A stretch of DNA of 64,000 bases. Source: Bacteroidota bacterium. Lineage in GTDB: Bacteria; Bacteroidota; Bacteroidia; Flavobacteriales; Flavobacteriaceae. The notes under the pieces were generated by a model that was not told the DNA's origin, ran no database searches, and saw only the letters and a program-made list of their open reading frames with translations. The translations under genes were made by a program, and so were the position numbers. The stretch is from positions 5,108-69,107 of the forward strand of contig JAKQHT010000009.1 of assembly GCA_029557895.1 (NCBI GenBank). The letters are read 5' to 3'. Below are positions 8,945 to 16,752 of this stretch, in pieces; the first letter of the stretch is position 1, and each line of letters opens with the position of its first letter.

Positions 8945-9733
8945 TCATCGATACCAATTGAGCAATTCTACATCAATTTCAGGCTCGCTGTTGTTTATCA
9001 GGGTTTTAAAATGGGTTACGTCGCTATATCCGTCCGTGCCGCGATAATGGTATGGAACAACTTTTTTTGGCTTAAATTCCAGGACGGCATCGGCAGCTTT
9101 TTCGACCGTCATCGTATAAGGCAGGTTCATGCACACAAAGGCTACGTCTATGGCTTTGAGATTTCGCATTTCAGGAATGTCTTCGGTATCACCGGAAATA
9201 TAAATCCTTTGGTTGCCCAAGGTCAGAACATAGCCGTTGCCCCTTCCTTTTTCATGGAATTTCAAGGCTTCTTCCCTTAAATTGTACATCGGTACGGCCT
9301 CGACCATAAGATTTTCAAAAGTTTGGATCTCGCCATTGTGGATGGTCACAGTTGCCTTTAAGGAAAGTAAAGGCAGTAGTTGCGTTACCGCCTTTGGGGC
9401 AAACAATGTGGTATTTGTAAGATCCAAAGCCTTGAGTAGTTCTCGGTCAAAATGGTCGCTGTGGATATCGGTTATAAAGACATAATCGGGAGGTTCTTGA
9501 TCTTTGTACAGATCTGGGCTTCCGACTGGGTCGATGTAAATAACGTCATCGCCATAAACCAAAACCATAGAGGCGTGTCCGATGGGGATGATCTGTAGCG
9601 AATCGGTTGAGGCAACTATATGGATTTCTTGTGGGTTTCCGGAAACCATATAAGTTGATGCTGTCGTTTTATCCTTACAACTTGCGAATGTTAGCGCCAA
9701 AAAACACAGACCTATTAACTTGATTGTTTTCAT
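8945..9733 (-). CDS. MBL-fold metallo-hydrolase lipoprotein
   Basis: Lipobox FASC; GHAS, IYIDP, ITDIHSDH, YISGDT and PYHY motifs. Confidence 0.88.
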   Translation of the reverse strand: MKTIKLIGLCFLALTFASCKDKTTASTYMVSGNPQEIHIVASTDSLQIIPIGHASMVLVYGDDVIYIDPVGSPDLYKDQEPPDYVFITDIHSDHFDRELLKALDLTNTTLFAPKAVTQLLPLLSLKATVTIHNGEIQTFENLMVEAVPMYNLREEALKFHEKGRGNGYVLTLGNQRIYISGDTEDIPEMRNLKAIDVAFVCMNLPYTMTVEKAADAVLEFKPKKVVPYHYRGTDGYSDVTHFKTLINNSEPEIDVELLNWYR

Positions 9734-9910
9734 GGTGCAATTTTTTTTGCGGTTGCAATAAATATACTCAAAAATGGGCATTTATTGTAACGTTGTAACA
9801 ATTTAATAACATCCCACACCTATATTTTGGCGGTATAAATTTTAAAACTCATTTTTTTTTGACGAAATTGCTGCTCACAATTCAGTTTTACCATTTAACA
9901 CACATACACA

Positions 9911-11248
9911 ATGTCTGACGAATTTGATTTATTGGAAACCAATTCCACGCAAAAAAACGAAAAAGTTGAAGTAAATTGGGGTAAGGCCATCGACACGATG
10001 AAGTCAAAACTGGCCCAAGAAGACGATCCCGAGATACGGCAGAAAATACTGAATGCCACTCTGGACGATGTGGTGCAGATGGCCGAAAAGGACAGGACTT
10101 CATTGCTCGATGCAATCAAAGACCTGACCGATTACCAAGACGAGGTGGGTATCTTGTTCGAAAAATTCTCATCGCTCAATGCCGAAGAGAGAAAAGTTAT
10201 CGATGATGCCCAAAAGGCTTTGGACGCCTCAAAGGCAGCACTGGATAAGGCCCAGAACAGACCCGATACCTGGTGGAACAACCTGTGGGGACGCAAGAGC
10301 AAGATCAAAAAGGCAGAACAGGAATTAGTAGAGGCACAAAAGACACGTAATGCTGCAGATAATAAGGCCAAGGCAATGTTCCAACAGCGTATTGAAAATG
10401 CTGATGTCCAGACATTATTGAGCGAATTGTCATTCAAGAGCCAGGCAGCCGTTACCAGACTGAAAAACAGAGAAACCGAAATCAAAGAAGTTGAAGACAA
10501 ATTGCAGGACGCTATTGTAGAGGCCACAAAAAACCACACCAAAGCACTCGAAAAAAAGAAAGAGGTGGAAACAAAACTTGAAGATCATTATGCCCTGCTC
10601 AAACAAGCAAGGCAAGAACTTGAAGAAATTGTAGATAGACAGTCTGCTGAATATGCTCAAGCTGTGGGCAAAGTCACGACCCTTGAGCAAAAAGTGGAAG
10701 AACTGGAAGGACTTAAAAACGCATATACTACTTTGGCAGCTTCAAAAGACAGTTTCGTACATAAGCATAACCTTACCATCAAGGTATTGACTTCTTTAAG
10801 AAGCAACCTGCAAACACATCGTGCTAAACTTAAATCGGATACCGAAGAGCGTTTAAAGTATTACGACGGTTACGTGGTAGCCCTCAAAGCCAGAACCGAT
10901 CAGGAGTTTGCAGCCATACTTGAACACCTGGGCGTCAAGACCGATGAACATATAGGCCAAACCCTCGCTGCAATGCATACGGCAAGTGCCAAAGCCCGTC
11001 AAGAAATGATGGACAATATACCCGTGCACGAAAAAGTCATGCAGGGTGTTTATCGAAGTTACGCAGAGGCATTGCAGGAAATCAGGGTTAAGGATGCCGA
11101 TATCCAAAAGAATTTTGCCGAACGATACGGCATTGACATGAAAGAAATTTTTGAGGAGTATTACAAAGAAAAAAATGTAAGCCAGGGTGCTGAACCATCA
11201 CCAAAACAGGAACGCCCAACAAACCAGAACGAAGACCTGTTGTCTTAA
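9911..11248 (+). CDS. Long coiled-coil protein of unknown function (operon gene 1)
   Basis: 445 aa, E/K/A/L/Q-rich heptad character, no TM segment, WWNNLWGRK amphipathic segment. Confidence 0.85.
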   Translation: MSDEFDLLETNSTQKNEKVEVNWGKAIDTMKSKLAQEDDPEIRQKILNATLDDVVQMAEKDRTSLLDAIKDLTDYQDEVGILFEKFSSLNAEERKVIDDAQKALDASKAALDKAQNRPDTWWNNLWGRKSKIKKAEQELVEAQKTRNAADNKAKAMFQQRIENADVQTLLSELSFKSQAAVTRLKNRETEIKEVEDKLQDAIVEATKNHTKALEKKKEVETKLEDHYALLKQARQELEEIVDRQSAEYAQAVGKVTTLEQKVEELEGLKNAYTTLAASKDSFVHKHNLTIKVLTSLRSNLQTHRAKLKSDTEERLKYYDGYVVALKARTDQEFAAILEHLGVKTDEHIGQTLAAMHTASAKARQEMMDNIPVHEKVMQGVYRSYAEALQEIRVKDADIQKNFAERYGIDMKEIFEEYYKEKNVSQGAEPSPKQERPTNQNEDLLS

Positions 11249-11281
11249 TGCCATCGTATTTTTTTTGAACCTGAAAACCAT

Positions 11282-12340
11282 TTGCAACCAGTGGCCATCA
11301 ACGAAATCGCAACCCCATTAGATGCAGCACAGCTCGACTCAAAGGAACAGTATGTGTTCTATCACAGAATGGTCGATTTTGTGCTTAAGGAGCTGATAGT
11401 TAAAATTCAGAATAATGCCCTTTGTACATCGCGCGAATTGGTGTTTTTCAAGCAATATTGCGATTTGTTGCTTTATTCCATCGAGGCCATGCGCATCAAG
11501 TATATGTACGATGATGAAGACAATATGAAAGTGGATCTTACAGATTCGGGATTTCCAAATTATCTGGAATTCAGGTATTTGTTCAACGATCTGTCGCTTC
11601 GGGAAAGCTATGTTGGCAAGTTAAAGGACATCGGGACGCTCCAAGACGAATTCCTGGATCAATTGCTTCGAAAGAAAGAACCCATAAACAGGGAAAAATT
11701 GTTTCAGGCATCATCCATTGTTTACTATACCACCGTGGAGCAACGGTACATATACAACCGATTTGTTCAGGGCAAAATTATCGAGACCCCTGATGCAAAT
11801 ACCGCTTTTATGACCAGTTGGAGTTTTTACGATGTGTTACGCAATAGGCCATTTATCTGTTTTCTCTATTTCGATTACAAAGATCGTGATTTGCAAAAAG
11901 ATAAGGAAAAAATATATGAGGTGTTAAAGGTGGTGGCCGATAGGGAAATGCCGCTCGATACCATGGCCTACGCCATCGACCGTAAGTTGCCCGATATGCG
12001 ACCAAAACACCTCAAGCGTATAGATTTGGGCCCTTTTCACAATATTTTCGCCAAAGATGAAAACGCGATTACCCACGCGCTTCTACAAGGCATAGGGCTT
12101 AAAAATATTCCTTTGGTTTCTTTTGCCATATCCTTGCAGGTGGACGAGGTTTTTTCCGGCAGCGAGTTTACCGAAGGAGGCTATTTTTCAAAACAGACCC
12201 TCCAGAGATGGAGCCCACCCCTTAAGCAAAAGTATGTGTTTGCCCCGCACAGGATTATACAGTTGTTGTACAACAAAGCACCGCAGGTAATGGATGAGCT
12301 TAACAAACCACCCATAGAGGTCAGTGATATCCCCGAATGA
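11282..12340 (+). CDS. Conserved hypothetical soluble protein (operon gene 2)
   Basis: 352-aa ORF with TTG start, 33 bp after gene 1; no recognised motif. Confidence 0.8.
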   Translation: MQPVAINEIATPLDAAQLDSKEQYVFYHRMVDFVLKELIVKIQNNALCTSRELVFFKQYCDLLLYSIEAMRIKYMYDDEDNMKVDLTDSGFPNYLEFRYLFNDLSLRESYVGKLKDIGTLQDEFLDQLLRKKEPINREKLFQASSIVYYTTVEQRYIYNRFVQGKIIETPDANTAFMTSWSFYDVLRNRPFICFLYFDYKDRDLQKDKEKIYEVLKVVADREMPLDTMAYAIDRKLPDMRPKHLKRIDLGPFHNIFAKDENAITHALLQGIGLKNIPLVSFAISLQVDEVFSGSEFTEGGYFSKQTLQRWSPPLKQKYVFAPHRIIQLLYNKAPQVMDELNKPPIEVSDIPE

Positions 12341-12359
12341 TTTTAAAAAAAATAGACCA

Positions 12360-14324
12360 ATGCAGCAAAATTCCACCTTTCCGATAAAACAGTCCGAACT
12401 CACCATGTTGAGGGACGAAGCTACCTCATACCTAAAAAGTGTACAATGGGAACAGGGTCAAAGGGCAAAAAACAAGGAAAAGGACTCGAGGGACGATTCA
12501 ATACTGCTGTATTTGTCAAGAGCCAATAACGGAGGCGGTCCTGCTGTTACCGTTTCGGTATCCAAGACCGTTTTGGAACTAAAAAAACGCTTGCTTCCCG
12601 ACTCCGTGGCCATTCCTTTGTATCTCAACCAGACCCTTTATGTCATTCAAGAAGCCATTGCTTTGGGCATTTGGGCAAAGGACAGTTATTACGATGCATC
12701 GGGACTTTCGTCGTTGAGCGAGCGCAAGGCAACCATCGACGGTAGCGGAAAGCGCGAATATGAAAGCAAGATGCACACGGCTACTGCTTTCATGCTTTTT
12801 GCAACGGCATATAACATCCTGCACAACCTCCGTTCGGTGGCTTCGGAAGACCTATCGGTAATGAAACAAAAGTTTGCCGGCATACCCGAAGTTTCTCTCT
12901 TGTCGCCCTCAAAGGGCATTTCGTGTGCGCTTTATTATTATGACAAATACCTTTCACATCCCGAAATCATCAAATCCGATAAAGATGTTGCCGATTTTAC
13001 GGTAGTTTATTTTGATGCGCTTATTGATGAAATCCAGATGCGAAAAAGCACGTTGGAATATCAAGAAACTATTGTAGACAGGACATATAAACTCGAAAAT
13101 TCCGATTTTTCCATTTCCGGGTGGAGCAACATATTTTCCGGCTCTGCCATAAGCGTCGAATTTAATAAAGTGCAATTTGAGCAAATTGTTGGCAACCGCG
13201 ACGCAAAACATTTTGCACGCCGACTCACGGAGCGCATGTTGAGCTATGACTTCACGGAAAAAAAGAACCCTTTTCAGGAATTGGGCGGTTTTATGCCCGT
13301 GTTTATGGGTTATGGCATTCCGGGAACCGGAAAAAGCATGCTCATTGCTGCCATTGCAACTCGTTTGAAGGAGCATTGTGACCATCTTGAGCTTCCGTTT
13401 TTGTTCCATCCGATGCCCGATACCTTGATTTCGACATTTCAAGGTGGTTCTGCCGAGAAAATGGTGGAGTGGATGAAACCTTTGCAAGATCCATCAAAAT
13501 TGATTTTTGCACCCATTGATGATGCAGAAAATAATCTTCAAGAACGAACCGCTCAAGGTGTTTCAGCAGGTGTTAAGGAAGTGATTGGCGTGTTTTTGCG
13601 CTATACCGAAGGCGCCTATGCCGTCAATTACGGAAATAGCTCGATTGGACTGTTTACAAATCTTCCGGAAATGCTGGACAAAGCTGTCATATCACGTGTG
13701 CAGGGACGTTTCAAGATAGACGGCGCCAGAACCGTACACGATTTTCTGGACCAGGATTACCTGTGGTGGCATAAGTTCGAAAAAACCTTACCCGGATTTG
13801 TAAACATGGATGACCCAAAAGATTATACCTATTTGAGCGACCAAAAACTTGCAAAGGACATGGGCGAAATTTTGAAAATTGTGGAGAAACCATCCGAAGC
13901 ACGGGTTTTGGATGTTTTTGAGAAAGCCGAAAGCCGTTTTGGCTACGATGACCATAAATTTTATGCAAATCTTTACAAAGAAATACAGGTGATATTCCCG
14001 TTTTTTTCATCCAGGGATGTACGCAATATCCAATCGGCTATATCGCTGCGGCTCACAGATTTCGATTTGGACCAAAGCTGGTTCCACAATCCGGAAACGT
14101 ACTTTAAACAAAATTATGCGACCAAGTTAAGCATGCTCAAAGAACTGATGCAAGCCAATATGAAAGGGCTCAATTTTTCTGACATCCGCCGTCAGGAAGT
14201 GATACGATACCTCGATAATGTGGCAACCATCGCCGATACCGATTTTAAACGTAAGGTTGACGAACGTATCGGTCAATTGAACGTTGAAATGGAAGCCAGA
14301 AAAAAGTTTGACAATGGACATTAA
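12360..14324 (+). CDS. AAA+ ATPase, classical clade, with large helical N-terminal region (operon gene 3)
   Basis: FEQIVGN..AK, Walker A GIPGTGKS, pore loop LISTFQG, Walker B IFAPIDDAE, SRH TNLPEMLDKAVISR. An alternative GTG start lies at 12324. Confidence 0.9.
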   Translation: MQQNSTFPIKQSELTMLRDEATSYLKSVQWEQGQRAKNKEKDSRDDSILLYLSRANNGGGPAVTVSVSKTVLELKKRLLPDSVAIPLYLNQTLYVIQEAIALGIWAKDSYYDASGLSSLSERKATIDGSGKREYESKMHTATAFMLFATAYNILHNLRSVASEDLSVMKQKFAGIPEVSLLSPSKGISCALYYYDKYLSHPEIIKSDKDVADFTVVYFDALIDEIQMRKSTLEYQETIVDRTYKLENSDFSISGWSNIFSGSAISVEFNKVQFEQIVGNRDAKHFARRLTERMLSYDFTEKKNPFQELGGFMPVFMGYGIPGTGKSMLIAAIATRLKEHCDHLELPFLFHPMPDTLISTFQGGSAEKMVEWMKPLQDPSKLIFAPIDDAENNLQERTAQGVSAGVKEVIGVFLRYTEGAYAVNYGNSSIGLFTNLPEMLDKAVISRVQGRFKIDGARTVHDFLDQDYLWWHKFEKTLPGFVNMDDPKDYTYLSDQKLAKDMGEILKIVEKPSEARVLDVFEKAESRFGYDDHKFYANLYKEIQVIFPFFSSRDVRNIQSAISLRLTDFDLDQSWFHNPETYFKQNYATKLSMLKELMQANMKGLNFSDIRRQEVIRYLDNVATIADTDFKRKVDERIGQLNVEMEARKKFDNGH

Positions 14325-14898
14325 AAACCTCAAAAATATCAAACATTACATCCTTTCAAAAGCTTGGGCAACCCTGTATCGGATAGATTATGACTATCTT
14401 TTTGAAAACGGAAGCTGGAAACAACTTTCGAGAGAAACCTACGACCGCGGCAACGGTACAGGCATCTTGTTGTACAATCGAGAAAAGAAGACTGTCATTC
14501 TGACCAAGCAATTTCGAATGCCCGCCTATCACAATGATGAAACCGATGGCATGTCCATTGAGGTCTGTGCCGGAGCCATTGATAAAAAAGAATCGGCTTT
14601 GGCCACGGTTATCCGTGAGGTAGAAGAAGAAGTAGGGTATAGAATTAAAAAAGCCGAACAGGTATTTTCCGCATACTCATCACCAGGCGCGCTTTCCGAA
14701 AAAATGTACCTTTTTGTGGCCGAATATGCAGATGGGATGAAAGTAAATGATGGTGGAGGTGTGGCAGCCGAAAACGAAGAAATAGAAGTCCTTGAACTGC
14801 CGTTTGAAAAGGCAATGCAGATGATGGATTCCGGAGAGATACAGGATTTTAAAACCATAATGCTGCTGCAATATGCCAAGTTGAACCAATTGGTTTAA
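14314..14898 (+). CDS. NUDIX hydrolase, NudK/YffH (GDP-mannose/ADP-ribose pyrophosphatase)-like (operon gene 4)
   Basis: RETYDRGNG, VILTKQFRMP, Nudix box GAIDKKESALATVIREVEEEVGY, SSPG and QDFKTIMLLQY. The ATG overlaps the end of the ATPase gene. Confidence 0.9.
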   Translation: MDIKNLKNIKHYILSKAWATLYRIDYDYLFENGSWKQLSRETYDRGNGTGILLYNREKKTVILTKQFRMPAYHNDETDGMSIEVCAGAIDKKESALATVIREVEEEVGYRIKKAEQVFSAYSSPGALSEKMYLFVAEYADGMKVNDGGGVAAENEEIEVLELPFEKAMQMMDSGEIQDFKTIMLLQYAKLNQLV

Positions 14899-14917
14899 AA
14901 TAATACCATTCCGACAA

Positions 14918-16162
14918 ATGTACAAACTAGAAGATGCCAAACTATACCGTACAGAACTGGTGACCATCAGCGGAAAACTTGTGGACCGTTACAATCAGTG
15001 CCTCAAAATGTTGGGTATCGGTCCAACCGGACTGACCACGTTTTCCATAGACGGAATTGGTTGGAGCCCAGAGGTTGCCGATGAGAAAAATGAAGCAGAT
15101 TATTTGAATATCGGTGGCGCCAATCCATCGGGCATCATCATAACACCGCAGCAACATCGCAAGCCGGTTTATAATCCGTTCCACACCTTTGACAGAGACA
15201 TGATGAATTTGGTTTTTGAGGTACATGGCACAAAGATCAACGACATTACAAGGGATTGTGCCATTTGTATCGATTTTGACCAACAGATAGATACCTTTTA
15301 CGAACCGCTCGATGTTCTAAAATACGGTCATATCAAAATCAACTTTAGGCTCCTCAACCGCTTGAACCATGCCCAGAAAGAACAATTGCAGCTCGTGGAA
15401 ACTTTCAAGAAAAGAAACAATTTTATTGATGAAAACATTCATGCCAAGCTGTTGCAATCTGCCAAAATGTATGGCGATCTTCGCAATAGGGATTTGGATC
15501 TTTATAGCTTGGATTATAGCGTCAGTTCGTTCTATACCAAGGCTTTCAATGGTGTTTATGTGCTTCGGGACTTTATTATGCCCATTGTGGTCTTTGAAGA
15601 TATCGATTGGTACAGAAACGCCATAAAGGATACGGTGCACGACGTATTGATCTTTCATATATTGCAGCCCGAACTGATCCAGAAAATGCGCGATCATCTC
15701 ATCATTGAATACAATCTGGAAAATGTAGTTAAAACCGATAGGTACGATCGGGTCAAAAAGTTCGTGTTTGCACAATATTTGAAGGTTGCCGATCATCCGT
15801 TGTCTGATATTCTCAATGATGCCGTACTGTTCAAAAGCTATCTGAACAAGTTCGATCTGGACATACGAAAAAAAATCATGGGTGTAGAGCTATATCTTGA
15901 AAAACTTGAAAGAAGCAACCAATACAAGTTGGTAGATATGGTCGATTTGAAGATTTTTCAGGCATTGCACCAACCAAATTCATCATTATCTACTGAACAT
16001 CAAGAACTTGTGTGGAAACTGTTGGTCAATGTTTCGCCTCTTGATGTTCTGTTTTTTTTCTGGTACGACAAAGAGGACTTTTTTAAAGCTTACAACTCTT
16101 GGGACGATTCTTTGCAAGATTGGGTCATTGAGACCATCCGTAACAATTTTGGACAATTTTAG
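14918..16162 (+). CDS. Conserved hypothetical protein, DUF6638-like (operon gene 5)
   Basis: LVDRYNQCL..LG..PT.LT.FSIDGIGWSPEVA N-terminus and SFYTKAFNGVYVLR resemble the DUF6638 family as I recall it. Confidence 0.75.
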   Translation: MYKLEDAKLYRTELVTISGKLVDRYNQCLKMLGIGPTGLTTFSIDGIGWSPEVADEKNEADYLNIGGANPSGIIITPQQHRKPVYNPFHTFDRDMMNLVFEVHGTKINDITRDCAICIDFDQQIDTFYEPLDVLKYGHIKINFRLLNRLNHAQKEQLQLVETFKKRNNFIDENIHAKLLQSAKMYGDLRNRDLDLYSLDYSVSSFYTKAFNGVYVLRDFIMPIVVFEDIDWYRNAIKDTVHDVLIFHILQPELIQKMRDHLIIEYNLENVVKTDRYDRVKKFVFAQYLKVADHPLSDILNDAVLFKSYLNKFDLDIRKKIMGVELYLEKLERSNQYKLVDMVDLKIFQALHQPNSSLSTEHQELVWKLLVNVSPLDVLFFFWYDKEDFFKAYNSWDDSLQDWVIETIRNNFGQF

Positions 16163-16199
16163 ACTATTTTTATACAACCGATTTTAAAAGTTACAGGAC

Positions 16200-16727
16200 A
16201 TGACACTTGAAATAACCGTTTTCATCGCTTCGATTTTGTTTGGGATGCTTCTTTATTGGAGGGAGTCTACAGGTAACGGCTTGTACCGTTTTTTCAATAA
16301 ATTAATGTATTCCAAGCGCTTGCAAATGTCCAAAGATGACCCAACAGGATTTTTGTACCAACAAAAATTTATTCTTCGTTTGGTGTTCATATCCATGCTG
16401 TTTCTGTTGGGTATAGCGATTGTCCGGCTTTTGATACCCATTGACCTCGCTACCATTTCATTGTTTTTGTCTTGTATTTTTGGAACCCTTTTGGGTTCTT
16501 ACATAGGCGGTTTTATCATTAAATCGGAAAAAGTTATTGATGCCCAAGCGGAGTTGATGGAAGAAAAATTGGACAAGGCCATCGGGCAGGGCAAGAAGCT
16601 TGTACATGACCTAAAGGACGTGCAACCTGAAAATACCGAACCAATAGATCTCAAAACCACAACCAATACCGAACCCCAAGAAAAAAGTGCCCGACAAAGG
16701 CTTAAGGACAAAGGATTCTTAAAGTAA
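16200..16727 (+). CDS. 3-TM membrane protein with charged C-terminal tail (operon gene 6)
   Basis: Three hydrophobic segments and a KSARQRLKDKGFLK terminus. Confidence 0.8.
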   Translation: MTLEITVFIASILFGMLLYWRESTGNGLYRFFNKLMYSKRLQMSKDDPTGFLYQQKFILRLVFISMLFLLGIAIVRLLIPIDLATISLFLSCIFGTLLGSYIGGFIIKSEKVIDAQAELMEEKLDKAIGQGKKLVHDLKDVQPENTEPIDLKTTTNTEPQEKSARQRLKDKGFLK

Positions 16728-16752
16728 CCCGCCATATAACCAAACCAAGATC

